NCBI GenBank assembly: GCA_964655075.1
Contig: CAZZLD010000001.1
Coordinates: forward strand, 239,682-303,681
Reading direction: 5' to 3'
Origin: an uncultured Candidatus Bathyarchaeia archaeon
GTDB lineage: Archaea; Thermoproteota; Bathyarchaeia; Bathyarchaeales; Bathyarchaeaceae
DNA: 64,000 nucleotides
In this document: positions 9,551 through 19,125 of the stretch, piece by piece
Layout: the number at the start of each line of letters is the position of its first letter
How positions within the stretch are numbered: position 1 is the stretch's first letter
Position numbers and translations under genes: made by a program
Notes under the pieces: model-generated
The model's database searches: none
What the model saw: the letters and a program-made list of their open reading frames with translations, nothing else
What the model was told of the DNA's origin: nothing

Positions 9551-10105
9551 ATGGTGAACAGCATGTCGGGTCTTAAACGAGACTACAAAGGCGTTGAAAT
9601 CATCGCAGTAACAGGCGACATCACCAAACAAGAAACAGAAGCTATTGTGAACCCAGCTAACACTTGGATGATCATGGGAGGCGGAGCCGCAGGCGCCATA
9701 AAAAGAGCTGGCGGACAGGAAATTGAAGATGAGGCTGTTAAACACGCGCCGGTGCCGGTTGGAAAAGCCATCGTCACGAGCGGGGGAAAACTTGAGGCGA
9801 AATACGTGATTCACGCGCCCACCATGAAACGCCCCGCAATGCGCATCAACATAGAAAACGTTAGACTGGCAGTTAAGGCGGCGTTGGAACTCGCAGACAG
9901 AAAAGGGATTAGAAGCCTAGCGTTTCCGGGAATGGGCACAGGTGTCGGAGGCGTCGGTTTAGAAGAAGCCGCTGAAGCCATGGTAGAGAAAACCAAGAAA
10001 CACGTGGATAAAGGCACAAGCCTAAAGAAAATAGCTTTCGTGGGCTTCAGAGACGACCTCACTCAAGCTTTTTCAGTGGCAATCAGTAAAAGCCTTGCCT
10101 TGTAA
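9551..10105 (+). CDS. Macro-domain protein (ADP-ribose binding / O-acetyl-ADP-ribose deacetylase-like)
   Basis: DITKQETEAIVNPANTWMIMGGGAAGAIKRAGG...FPGMGTGVGG. Confidence 0.85.
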   Translation: MVNSMSGLKRDYKGVEIIAVTGDITKQETEAIVNPANTWMIMGGGAAGAIKRAGGQEIEDEAVKHAPVPVGKAIVTSGGKLEAKYVIHAPTMKRPAMRINIENVRLAVKAALELADRKGIRSLAFPGMGTGVGGVGLEEAAEAMVEKTKKHVDKGTSLKKIAFVGFRDDLTQAFSVAISKSLAL

Positions 10106-10259
10106 CTTCAAAAAGATGATACGATGTAGGCGTCGGAGTGGCGCCTCGACGCACCTGTGAATGTTCTTGTCGGATAACAAGTTTTTAAGAGAGGTTTTAG
10201 GACGATAATGTGTCGTTTTTAAAATAAATAAGACAGTTGAGCGGAAATAATCCGACAAC

Positions 10260-10267
10260 TTTATATA
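10260..10267 (+). promoter_or_regulatory. Candidate TATA box for the HTH-fae-hps gene
   Basis: tttatata lies about 40 nt upstream of the ATG at 10304. No comparable AT-rich element lies upstream of the internal Met at 10583. Confidence 0.35.
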
Positions 10268-10303
10268 GCCCTTCGACTTCTTAGTTGATTTGTTGGATTG
10301 ACA

Positions 10304-11770
10304 ATGTCGGAATTTGATATCATAAAACCGGAAAGGAAGGAAGAATTCGTCAACTTGCTGTTAGCAGCGAAGATGGAAGAAGTGAGAATCAGAAAGGATA
10401 AGGGATTAAAATCGACAAAACCGACAGTCAGCGGAACCGCGCGGGTGATGAACATCCACCGGGATACTCTTTACCAGTGGATGAAGGAGTTCGGCGTGAA
10501 GTTTGAGGATGTTGGCGGAGAAGAGGTTGAAAAAGTTCCGAAAGCTGGGAAAAAATGGGGTGCTCTTGTTCACCCGAGCTATATGATAGGTGAAGCTTTA
10601 ACGGGTGATGGAGCGGAGGTCGCCCACATCGATCTGATTATCGGTGACAAAGAGGGCCCTGTGGGTGACGCTTTCGCTCAAGGTTTGTCAAATTTATCCG
10701 CCGGGCATACCCCGGTTCTCGCGGTTATAAGGCCTAACCTGCCGCCTAAGCCATATACACTATTGGTTCCTAAGGTTACAATGAAGGGTATGGAGCAGGT
10801 TTCGCGGGTTTTCGGTCCTGTTCAAGCTGCTGTAGCAAAGGCTGTGGCTGACGCGGTTGAGGAGAACATTGTTCCTAAGGACAAGATTGAGGATTGGGTG
10901 ATAATATGCAGCGCGTTTTTGCATCCGGATGCTAAGGATTACAGGAAGATTTATCAGTACAACTACGGTGCGATGAAGTTGGCTCTCAAACGGGCTTTAA
11001 CTAACTATCCATCCCTCAGCAAAATCATGTATGACAAAGACAGAGCGAAACATCCGATCATGGGTTTCACTGTTCCTAGACTGTGGAGACCGCCTTACCT
11101 TCAAATAGCATTCGACATCACAAGTTTAGAGGCGGTGAAGCGAATCATACAGCAGACACCACGAAGCGACAGAATAATCCTTGAGGTCGGCACACCCCTG
11201 CTTAAGAAATACGGCTTAAGGGTCATTCGGGAGATAAGGGAAGCATCAGCCAAGGACATCTTCATCGTCGCTGATCTGAAAACGCTAGATGTCGGGAAAG
11301 TGGAAGTTGACTTGGCGTTCGAGGAAACCGCGGATGCAGTTGTGGCTTCTGGGTTGGCTGCAACGGAAATGCTGGACAAGTTTATCTACGAGGCAAAAAG
11401 ATTTGGGATTTACTCTTTTGTGGACATGATGTACGTTGACGATCCCATTCAGAAACTTCAGTCGCTTCAAGAGTTACCTGAAGTCGTCATCTTGCACCGA
11501 GGCATCGACGTGGAGGCGATGGGTAAAACACGTTGGGACCTCATAAAGGAAATACGGGAGAAATTTAAACCTCAAAAGCTGTTGTTCGCTGTTGCTGGGG
11601 GATTAACTCCGGATAAGGCACCAGAAGCTTTGGCAAGGGGATCGGACATAATCATAGTCGGCAGGTACATAACCCAATCGAAAGATCCAGAACGGGCGGT
11701 GAGAGAGTTCCTAGAAAGCACTCGTGAGATGGTGACAGACATAGACCTAGAGAGGGTCCACGTGGAGTAA
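10304..11770 (+). CDS. fae-hps: Formaldehyde-activating enzyme / 3-hexulose-6-phosphate synthase fusion (Fae-Hps) with an N-terminal Fis-like HTH extension
   Basis: Fae core: GEALTGDGAEVAHIDLIIGDKEGPVG...LAVIRPNLPPKP. Hps/OMPdecase-fold C-terminus: LQIAFD...VADLKTLDVG...IIVGRYITQSKDP. The preceding ~93 aa contain TVSGTARVMNIHRDTLYQWMKEFGV. Confidence 0.8.
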   Translation: MSEFDIIKPERKEEFVNLLLAAKMEEVRIRKDKGLKSTKPTVSGTARVMNIHRDTLYQWMKEFGVKFEDVGGEEVEKVPKAGKKWGALVHPSYMIGEALTGDGAEVAHIDLIIGDKEGPVGDAFAQGLSNLSAGHTPVLAVIRPNLPPKPYTLLVPKVTMKGMEQVSRVFGPVQAAVAKAVADAVEENIVPKDKIEDWVIICSAFLHPDAKDYRKIYQYNYGAMKLALKRALTNYPSLSKIMYDKDRAKHPIMGFTVPRLWRPPYLQIAFDITSLEAVKRIIQQTPRSDRIILEVGTPLLKKYGLRVIREIREASAKDIFIVADLKTLDVGKVEVDLAFEETADAVVASGLAATEMLDKFIYEAKRFGIYSFVDMMYVDDPIQKLQSLQELPEVVILHRGIDVEAMGKTRWDLIKEIREKFKPQKLLFAVAGGLTPDKAPEALARGSDIIIVGRYITQSKDPERAVREFLESTREMVTDIDLERVHVE

Positions 11771-11874
11771 ACCCTCCGCCTTTTCTCTTTTTTATTCTAC
11801 GAAGAGGAATTACGGAAACCTTGTCAAAACTTTACAACTTGGATAGCTTATGTTTTAAGAGAACCAGTGGTAGC

Positions 11875-12345
11875 TTAATGAGTTTCGCAATTAAAAAGCA
11901 TGGGTTGACCTATTTTCTTATAGATTTCTAGAATGCCTTTCTCCGTTGTTTTCTTTCCTAGATATAAAAGATGGCTTCCACATTTTTCGGAGCAATCTGA
12001 GGATCCGAAATTTGGATTTAACACTTTTCCTATCTGTTTTATGCATTCGTTAACTTCACATTCTAAGTTTTTCTCTGTTTGCCCTGTTATTACGTGGGTT
12101 ATCGTAACGTTTTTTTGGATTAGCAGATAGTCGATGTGCCAGAAGGGAGTTTTATTCGAAGATTGGTGGCGTGAAATTCTTCCTTTCAGGCTTGAAGCGC
12201 CCTTCCCTAGGGCGGATCCGGTATATGCATAATATCCTCTCTTGAACCTTTGAACGCCCAACTTTCCTATTTTCAAAGAGGTTTCTTTCGGAACATGTAA
12301 AATAAGCGTGTAGACTCCTCCTTTTTCTGGGATCGGGAGAGCCAT
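11875..12345 (-). CDS. GIY-YIG superfamily protein (DUF123-like)
   Basis: GGVYTLILHV...GYYAYTGSALG...LKGRISRH...FWHIDYL matches the archaeal DUF123 pattern. Confidence 0.65.
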   Translation of the reverse strand: MALPIPEKGGVYTLILHVPKETSLKIGKLGVQRFKRGYYAYTGSALGKGASSLKGRISRHQSSNKTPFWHIDYLLIQKNVTITHVITGQTEKNLECEVNECIKQIGKVLNPNFGSSDCSEKCGSHLLYLGKKTTEKGILEIYKKIGQPMLFNCETH

Positions 12346-12531
12346 TCAAAGTCCCTTTTTATCATTAACTGTTAGGTTTGTTCATTAGTTTTTCGCGCAC
12401 AAAAACGAGGTTTTGCTGTTAGTGAGCATACTTTTATCTGTTTGTCCTTGCAGTGTTATGTTTGATGGTTGGTAATGTGGAACTGTACAGGCGACCTTCG
12501 GAGTTGATGGCGCATAAACAGGGGAGATGCA

Positions 12532-13719
12532 ATGGTGAGAAAACCGATAGCCGCTGTATCTATCGTGTTCCTATTATTAACCACCGCCGTGTTTTCAGTT
12601 CCCATCTTAGCAGAGAATGAAAACCAAGAGTTAAGCTTCACAATTCGAAGCTCGGTCACCTATTCTAACAATGGAACAAGCACTTGGAACTTAACCGAAG
12701 AAGACCGAGCCGTTGGTCTGTTTATGAACAACAGCTGGCAGACGGTTCGTTTAGTAAATTATTCGCTGCCGCTGAATAAAACAGAAATCGACGAGGACGG
12801 AAACCCGATGGCTGTTTTACAGTTTCCGAAATTAAGACTTGAATCAGGAGAGAGCATAAGTTTTAACGTTTCCTACGAAGCCGTTTCAAAGCCTCGCCCA
12901 TCCATAGACTTAACTGAACAGGAATCAGGAACCTTGGCGGATATCCCCGCGAATTTAAGCGAGTACCTAAGCTCAGGAGGACCATGGCTCATCAACGATA
13001 CGGACCTTAGAAACTTAGCGAACAATCTGACGCAAGGTGAAACACAGGTTCTCGCGATGGTGGAGAACTTCGTCTCTTGGATCGCAGGACACATCAAATA
13101 CGCCTCGCAACAGGAGGTGCCACACTATCCTAACGAAACATACCTAAAGGGAGAAGGAGACTGTGACGACCAAGCCATTCTGTTGATCACGCTTTGCCGA
13201 ATCTCAAAAATCCCAGCGTACCTACAAATCGGATGTATATATGATTCTGCCTTTTTTGATGACGAAACTTACTGGAATGGCCACGTGAGAAACGTGCAGG
13301 ATAAGATCGGTTGGCACGGCTGGGCGATGGTTTATGTTCCACCTTGGGGTTGGCTTCCCGTTGACCTAACTTACTGTGGTGCACTCCCAAGCCAACTTGT
13401 AAAGCAGCCCTTTAGAGCAATAGAGAACGCGGCGGTAACTTTGCAAAATGTGATTCAGTACATGAACGTCTCGGAAACAAAGTATGTCGCTTCATACCTA
13501 GAATTCAGGAAATTTCTCCAAGACAACGGTTTCTATGTTTATGCGCTGGATGAAATGGTTCAGAACGTAGATCACGATGGAAATTGGAGCATTTTTTGGT
13601 GGAACATCCTAAAAGGAGCTCTTGTAGCAGCGGGCATAACCATCGTCATCGTCTTATTTGCGGCCTACAGCCGCAGGAGAAGAACGCTGGGTCCACCTAA
13701 AGAACAAAAGGTTCACTAA
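12532..13719 (+). CDS. Secreted, membrane-anchored transglutaminase-like cysteine protease-fold protein
   Basis: N-terminal signal/TM segment; core GEGDCDDQAILLITLCRISKIPA (Cys), GWHGWAMVYV (His), WLPVD (Asp); C-terminal TM followed by RRRR; many N-x-S/T sequons. Confidence 0.8.
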   Translation: MVRKPIAAVSIVFLLLTTAVFSVPILAENENQELSFTIRSSVTYSNNGTSTWNLTEEDRAVGLFMNNSWQTVRLVNYSLPLNKTEIDEDGNPMAVLQFPKLRLESGESISFNVSYEAVSKPRPSIDLTEQESGTLADIPANLSEYLSSGGPWLINDTDLRNLANNLTQGETQVLAMVENFVSWIAGHIKYASQQEVPHYPNETYLKGEGDCDDQAILLITLCRISKIPAYLQIGCIYDSAFFDDETYWNGHVRNVQDKIGWHGWAMVYVPPWGWLPVDLTYCGALPSQLVKQPFRAIENAAVTLQNVIQYMNVSETKYVASYLEFRKFLQDNGFYVYALDEMVQNVDHDGNWSIFWWNILKGALVAAGITIVIVLFAAYSRRRRTLGPPKEQKVH

Positions 13720-13772
13720 CCACAGCGCTCACGTAAAAACTAAAACCTGATTTGCCAATTAATACTTTGGAG

Positions 13773-14309
13773 ATGGAGTTCTTGGACGTGTTTGATGCGA
13801 TTAGAAATCGCAGAAGCATTAGAGCCTACACTGGAGAGAACGTTTCCGAGGAGGAGATTGATAGGCTTATAGACGCTGCGAGGTGGGCGCCTTCAGCGGG
13901 AAACATTCAACCGTGGGAATTCATTGTCGTACGAGACAAAGAAACAAAGCGCAGGTTATCCATCGCTGCGCAAGATCAAACCTTCATTGAAGAGGCGCCC
14001 GTGGTCATAATTGTTTGCGCCAACCAGATGCGCTCAGCACGGGGATACGGCAGTCGAGGCACAGCGCTTTATTGCCTACAGGACACAGCTGCAGCTGTTC
14101 AAAACTTGCTTTTAGCTGCTTACGCATTAGGGCTGGGAACATGTTGGATTGGAGCTTTCCGTGAGGAGGAGGTAAAAAAGGTATTAAACGTAGTTGGGGG
14201 CGTGAGACCTGTTGCCATTATCACGGTTGGGCACGCCGCTGAAGAACCTGAAGCTCGATGGAGGAGACCGAAAATAGAAGTCGTCCATTATGAAAGGTTT
14301 CAGCGTTAG
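13773..14309 (+). CDS. Nitroreductase family protein
   Basis: RRSIRAYT...ARWAPSAGNIQPWEFIVV...GLGTCWIG. The ATG at 13773 is preferred to the TTG at 13752. Confidence 0.8.
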   Translation: MEFLDVFDAIRNRRSIRAYTGENVSEEEIDRLIDAARWAPSAGNIQPWEFIVVRDKETKRRLSIAAQDQTFIEEAPVVIIVCANQMRSARGYGSRGTALYCLQDTAAAVQNLLLAAYALGLGTCWIGAFREEEVKKVLNVVGGVRPVAIITVGHAAEEPEARWRRPKIEVVHYERFQR

Positions 14310-14376
14310 AGAGAAGACAGGAGGATTAATGATAAATATACTTTCGGGGCTTCTGATAACTGCTGGAGTGTAAGAA

Positions 14377-14598
14377 TTGACTGCGGGCTTAGGTAAGTTC
14401 AGCAGATTTTCTTCAGCTTTAGGTGGACTCCTAATTTTCGTCGGGATCCTGCTCATAGGCATATTCGCCTTGGCCCTTTTTGGCTTAATTGACCTTGCGA
14501 TTTTTAAAAGCCAAGATTACCGAGGATTGCTTATGCTGGTTTTGCTAATCATCAGCATCCTTGACTTAATAGCAGGAATCATACTTGCGTTTAGGTGA
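14377..14598 (+). CDS. Hypothetical small membrane protein
   Basis: 73-aa ORF with two predicted TM helices. It overlaps the next ORF. Confidence 0.35.
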   Translation: MTAGLGKFSRFSSALGGLLIFVGILLIGIFALALFGLIDLAIFKSQDYRGLLMLVLLIISILDLIAGIILAFR

Positions 14599-14854
14599 TC
14601 TGCCAATGAGGATTAGGGTAATCTTAGCGGCGGTTGTCGGTGTGATCCAGAGTGGGATAGGCGTGTTAGCAATCGCTTTTGCCTACGTCCTCAACTACAA
14701 CGGTGATGTTCAAACCTTCGTTCAAACCGTGTTAGGTATTGAAACGCCCATGGAGAAAATTCTGCCCATGTTCCTGCTGCTCATCAGCACCTTCGGTTTT
14801 TTCTCAATAATCAGTGGGTTGCTCCTAATCCACGAATGGCGGAAAACACGATGA
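14585..14854 (+). CDS. Hypothetical small membrane protein
   Basis: 89-aa ORF with two to three hydrophobic helices. It overlaps both neighbours, an operon-like arrangement with the permease. Confidence 0.35.
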   Translation: MRLGDLPMRIRVILAAVVGVIQSGIGVLAIAFAYVLNYNGDVQTFVQTVLGIETPMEKILPMFLLLISTFGFFSIISGLLLIHEWRKTR

Positions 14855-16299
14855 TGAAGCAGGAAACGAAAAGGGAACTTGGACTTTTCTATGCAACGAT
14901 GATAGCGCTAAACGGGGCCGTGGGCATAGAAATTTTCGTGCTGTTAAACTACGCGGTGTACTTGGCTGGACCCGCCGTGGTGTTATCCCTCCTCCTCTCT
15001 GGAGTAATAAACATACTAACCATGCTAAGTTTCTGCGAACTTGGCGCAGCCATCCCAGAGGTTGGCAGCGACTACACCTATGCCAAAGTAGCATATGGAG
15101 GATTCATCGCTTTTTTAATCGGATGGATCAGGTGGATCAGCAGCACCTTTGGAGCCACGTTAGCCGCCATAGGCTTCGCCTCCATGCTTTCATATCTCAT
15201 TCCGGTCAATATACCGCTAATTGCTGTAGCCATAGTCATTGTATTCACCCTGATAAGCGTGCGGGGAATAAAGGAAGCTGACGCTGCGACAGTTCTTATA
15301 GCTTTGGCTATATTAGCGGTATTCGTAATATTCGGTTTAGGACGCGGCTTCCAACCCGGAGCCCTCCAACCCTTCACACCAAGAGGCTTACCCTGGATTC
15401 TTGCTGCAACAGCCTACAGCTTTCCCATGTTTATAGGAGCAAGGGCGACTGTAGCAGCAGGATCTAAGATAAAAGAGCCAAGCAAGAATATTCCAAGAGC
15501 CATATTGTTTTCATCCATAGTGGTAATGATTCTTTACTGCGGAATGGCGTATGTAACCGTCGGGCTCACGCCGCAGGAGGCTTTAGGTAATCCAAATTAT
15601 CCTTTTTTGACTAATGCAGCCAAGATAGTTATGGGTGATGTAGGAGTGGCGTTAATTACGATTGCCGGAATGTTCGCGGCTATCACCTCCTTAACCACAT
15701 CAATGATGGTGCAATCGAGCATTGCGCAAGGATTAAGCAGAGACGGCTATTTTCCAAAAATTCTCTTGAGAGAGCACAGGCGTTTTGGAACGCCTTATGT
15801 GGCAATTATCTTAAATTCAGCTTTTCTAGTGCTGTTTGCCGCCACCGGAATCATACAATTTATAGGTTACGTTGCGGGTTTTGCCGCTCTAACAGGATTT
15901 GCCCTAGTCAATTTAACACTCATAAAGCTCCGGAAGGAAAAGCCTCTACTAAAGAGACCCTTCAAAACTCCTTTGTATCCATTTGCTCCAATTCTTGGAA
16001 TCATAATATCAATCGCACTCCTCGTTTTCATTGAGGCGAGCGCGTCCATACTTATGTTTGAGTTCATAGTTTTGGCTATAATCGTATATTACCTTAGGAT
16101 GACGGGGTATCATCGCCTCCGCGTCGCTGTGGGGGGAATAAACCTCGGCTTAGTAGGTTTCATGGCGTTGTTGCTCTACCTGACGGAAATAGGGTTTGTG
16201 CCTCTTGCTATACCCTCATCGATTTTATACGCCTTAATTTTCATTTTCTTAGTTTATGCTGCTGCAGGGATCTTAAACCTCATCACTAAAGTAAGGTAG
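14836..16299 (+). CDS. Amino acid/polyamine/organocation (APC) family permease
   Basis: 487 aa with about 12 TM helices. N-terminal pattern LGLFYATMIALNGAVG...CELGAAIPEVGSDYTY is typical of APC transporters. Confidence 0.85.
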   Translation: MAENTMMKQETKRELGLFYATMIALNGAVGIEIFVLLNYAVYLAGPAVVLSLLLSGVINILTMLSFCELGAAIPEVGSDYTYAKVAYGGFIAFLIGWIRWISSTFGATLAAIGFASMLSYLIPVNIPLIAVAIVIVFTLISVRGIKEADAATVLIALAILAVFVIFGLGRGFQPGALQPFTPRGLPWILAATAYSFPMFIGARATVAAGSKIKEPSKNIPRAILFSSIVVMILYCGMAYVTVGLTPQEALGNPNYPFLTNAAKIVMGDVGVALITIAGMFAAITSLTTSMMVQSSIAQGLSRDGYFPKILLREHRRFGTPYVAIILNSAFLVLFAATGIIQFIGYVAGFAALTGFALVNLTLIKLRKEKPLLKRPFKTPLYPFAPILGIIISIALLVFIEASASILMFEFIVLAIIVYYLRMTGYHRLRVAVGGINLGLVGFMALLLYLTEIGFVPLAIPSSILYALIFIFLVYAAAGILNLITKVR

Positions 16300-16354
16300 C
16301 TCACGCTGGAAACTTGAGGGATCCTCGCATGTCAGAGCGAAATCAAGCGAAAAG

Positions 16355-16573
16355 CTCGGGATTAAGAAGGAAATTAGGCCTTTTACAGGCAACCTTGTGG
16401 GCATAGGAAGTTTCACGTTGTTGCTGTTATTCCTAATTCGAGTAGGGTTGACGCCAATCACGATACCTCAGGAATTAGCTACATCCGTTTTTTGTGACCT
16501 AATTTTCCTCAGCGTTACAGTTTCTGGCGGCAGCCTTGAACATAACCAACGAATCTTAAGTGCAGGAGGATAA
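16355..16573 (+). pseudogene. Possible duplicated remnant of the permease 3' end
   Basis: A start-less reading frame translates to ...NLVGIGSFTLLLLFLIRVGLTPITIPQELATSVF.... This resembles the permease tail ...NLGLVGFMALLLYLTEIGFVPLAIPSSILYALIF.... Tentative. Confidence 0.3.
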
Positions 16574-16618
16574 GGCTTTTAAACTGCTTGCAATTTGAAC
16601 AAAATGGTTATGAGTTAA

Positions 16619-16996
16619 ATGCCTAGAAGGAAGAAGAAAGATAGGCATGTTTCTACGGATTCTTTCCACCTTAAACGTGACGAGGGGAAACTTCTTGAAG
16701 ACACGACTGTGACAGAGAAAGTTGCACTTTACAGGTTTTGCAGACGAATAGGTCGAATCTTAAGCGGTTTTGTGATTGTAACCGGCTTTACACTTTTCTC
16801 CTTCTCATTACATGTTATGGTTACCACTACGCAGTTTTCTCTTCCTTGGCTTAGATCATTTTTCAGCACCGCATTAGGCTTCATTAACTTTGACGACTTA
16901 TTCACGCTTCAGATGAAACCGCTCTTGCTGGCGGGCATATTTTTTCTCGGAGTGATAAACGCCCTCTGCGGATTTATCCTTTTGACCAAAGAATAG
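16619..16996 (+). CDS. Hypothetical membrane protein
   Basis: 125-aa ORF with a basic N-terminus (MPRRKKKDRH) and three hydrophobic segments. No motif recognised. Confidence 0.35.
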   Translation: MPRRKKKDRHVSTDSFHLKRDEGKLLEDTTVTEKVALYRFCRRIGRILSGFVIVTGFTLFSFSLHVMVTTTQFSLPWLRSFFSTALGFINFDDLFTLQMKPLLLAGIFFLGVINALCGFILLTKE

Positions 16997-17065
16997 CTTC
17001 GCGTCAAATTTGCGCTTAATTTTAATAGTTCCCGCTCATTTGGTAACTTGGGGAGAAACCTTAGC

Positions 17066-18820
17066 GTGAAGTATGCTCTTATCGCGGACATCTACGAAAA
17101 AATTGAGGCTACCACTAAGCGATTGGAAATGACTGATCTTCTCGTCGAACTTTTCAAGCAGACCTCAAGAGGCATAATTGACAAAGTTGTTTACCTCACG
17201 CAGGGCAAGTTGTACCCAGATTTTATAGGAGTTGAGATCGGAATAGCTGAGAAACTTGCCATTCGCGCCATCGCAATTGCGGCAGGCTATTCCACTAGAG
17301 AAATTGAGGAGAATTATAAGAAGACTGGAGACCTTGGAGATACCGCGCAGAGGTTTATTGAAAAAAAGGCTCAAGTTGCTTTGTTCCGTGCACCGTTAAC
17401 CGTTGAGCACGTCTATGAAACCCTTGATAAGATGGCGAAGACGACTGGACAAGGGTCAATGGACCAAAAATTGAACCTCCTAGCAGGGCTCCTCACTAGC
17501 GCCACCGCAGTAGAAGCAAAGCATCTTATTCGGACGGTTACTGGCAAGCTGAGACTGGGAATAGGTGACATGACAGTTCTCGACGCGCTGGCGATAGCCT
17601 ATACTGAAGACAAAGAGAACCGACCTACGCTGGAACGCGCCTACAACTTATCTAGCGACCTGGGAGCCGTGGCGAAAACCATAGCGGAAAAGGGAATTGA
17701 CGGAGTGAAAAAGTTCAAGATAACCGTTGGTAAGCCTGTTCGTCCTATGCTTGCTGAAAGGTTGCCGACAGCTAAGGAAATCGTGGAGAAACTCGGCGGG
17801 AAGGGCGCGGCTGAGTATAAGCTCGACGGAGAACGCCTACAAATCCATAAACAAGGTAAACAGGTGACCCTTTTCTCCCGACGATCGGAAAACATCTCCA
17901 GCCACTACCCGGATGCCATCGGGTTAGCCCGCACCCACATCAAGGTTGATGAAGCCATTGTTGAATGCGAATGTGTAGCTGTGAACCCTAACACTGGCGA
18001 TTTGATGCCCTTTCAGGAGCTTATGCACCGCCGCAGAAAATACGGCATTAAAGAAGCCATGGAGGAATACCCGGTTTCGCTTTTCATGTTTGATGTCCTT
18101 TACGCGGGCGGAAAGGATTACACGCTTCAACCATATACGGAGCGCAGAGAGAAGCTTGAACAAATTATACTTCAAGACGACGAAGTGAAGGTTGTTCCAA
18201 ACCTCGTAACCGGCGATCTGGAAAAGCTGGAGGTCTTCTTTGAACAAGCCATCCAAGACGGATGTGAAGGGCTTCTCATAAAGGACCTAAACTCTGCATA
18301 TCGGGCGGGAAGCCGCGAGTTCAGCTGGATTAAGTGGAAGCGGGAGTACCAAAGCGAGTTAACGGATACTATAGACTTGGTCATTGTTGGGGCGTTCTAC
18401 GGTAGAGGAAGGCGAGCTGGGAAGTACGGAGCGTTCCTGTTGGCGGCTTACGATAAAGAAGCGGACATGTTTAGGACAGCATGTAAATGCGGAACCGGCT
18501 TCACAGATGAGGACTTGGAGCGTTTCCCGAAGCTCCTTGAACCCCAGAAAATATCGCATGCCCACGGCAGAGTGGACTCGAAGATCGAGGCGAATGTTTG
18601 GTTTGTGCCCAAGCTAGTCATCGAGACCATAGCGGCTGAAATAACTCTGTCGCCTATTCACACATGCGGAATGGATGCTGTAAGGGAGGGAAGCGGGTTG
18701 GCTTTAAGGTTCCCGAAGTACACGGGAAAGCTTCGGGATGATAAGGGTCCGGAGGACGCTACAACAGTTAAGGAAATTATTGAAATATACCAGAATCAGC
18801 TTAAGCACATCCAAACGTGA
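17066..18820 (+). CDS. lig: ATP-dependent DNA ligase
   Basis: Adenylation motif AEYKLDGERLQIH (KxDG); later motifs EGLLIKD and WIKWKREY. The N-terminus KYALIADIYEKIE aligns with archaeal Lig N-termini, so I prefer the GTG at 17066 to the TTG at 17048. Confidence 0.9.
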   Translation: MKYALIADIYEKIEATTKRLEMTDLLVELFKQTSRGIIDKVVYLTQGKLYPDFIGVEIGIAEKLAIRAIAIAAGYSTREIEENYKKTGDLGDTAQRFIEKKAQVALFRAPLTVEHVYETLDKMAKTTGQGSMDQKLNLLAGLLTSATAVEAKHLIRTVTGKLRLGIGDMTVLDALAIAYTEDKENRPTLERAYNLSSDLGAVAKTIAEKGIDGVKKFKITVGKPVRPMLAERLPTAKEIVEKLGGKGAAEYKLDGERLQIHKQGKQVTLFSRRSENISSHYPDAIGLARTHIKVDEAIVECECVAVNPNTGDLMPFQELMHRRRKYGIKEAMEEYPVSLFMFDVLYAGGKDYTLQPYTERREKLEQIILQDDEVKVVPNLVTGDLEKLEVFFEQAIQDGCEGLLIKDLNSAYRAGSREFSWIKWKREYQSELTDTIDLVIVGAFYGRGRRAGKYGAFLLAAYDKEADMFRTACKCGTGFTDEDLERFPKLLEPQKISHAHGRVDSKIEANVWFVPKLVIETIAAEITLSPIHTCGMDAVREGSGLALRFPKYTGKLRDDKGPEDATTVKEIIEIYQNQLKHIQT

Positions 18821-18832
18821 ATTCAGTTACCG

Positions 18833-18869
18833 TTTTTTCTTGGCAAACGTTAAGCGCTAACATTTTTTT
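18833..18869 (+). terminator. Oligo-T terminator candidates downstream of lig
   Basis: A T6 run at 18833-18838 and a T7 run at 18863-18869 follow the lig stop. Archaeal termination uses oligo-T tracts. Confidence 0.4.
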
Positions 18870-18927
18870 GGAACATGCCTGATTTTAGAGAACACCTAAC
18901 AATAGATGCTTTGGATAGTAAAGCTTA

Positions 18928-18946
18928 TATAACGCCGTTATAATAT
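18928..18946. repeat. Palindromic 15-mer TATAACGCCGTTATA (+ATAT), copy 1
   Basis: Read directly: tataacgccgttataatat. Copy 2 at 19321-19339 differs only at the central base, which makes the two cores exact reverse complements. Confidence 0.9.
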
Positions 18947-18953
18947 TGTATTT

Positions 18954-19100
18954 GGCGCATGCTGTCAAGGAATACGACCAATTCTCTGTTTTGTAGGGCC
19001 TTTCGATCTTTTCAAGGCGGAAGGCATGCGCCCTCCGACCGCTAGTGTTGTTTTAGTTTAACTGTCTCATAGATAAGCCGAAAGCAGACATAATGTTTTT
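18954..19100 (+). ncRNA. Candidate small structured RNA 1
   Basis: The TATA-like ttatataa at 18925-18932 is centred about 26 nt upstream of G18954. GGCGCAUGC (18954-18962) pairs perfectly with GCAUGCGCC (19024-19032). A T5 run lies at 19096-19100. No known family recognised. Confidence 0.25.
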
Positions 19101-19125
19101 AAACTGTTAAACACATTCTTATGCT

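Noticed and set aside
9494-9814. N-terminal ~107-aa extension of the cysteine desulfurase ORF (track 8279..9814)
   Set aside because: The extension has no homology-like pattern. It crosses the AT-rich promoter region and overlaps the well-supported macro-domain gene on the other strand. Desulfurase similarity begins at LNVQEVRRDF, next to a TTG at 9493.
10583-11770. Shorter Fae-Hps gene model starting at the internal Met
   Set aside because: Not fully excluded. It is disfavoured because the upstream 279 nt stay in frame with a coherent HTH-like sequence, and the only TATA-like element precedes the long form. It is kept as the alternative in the finding.
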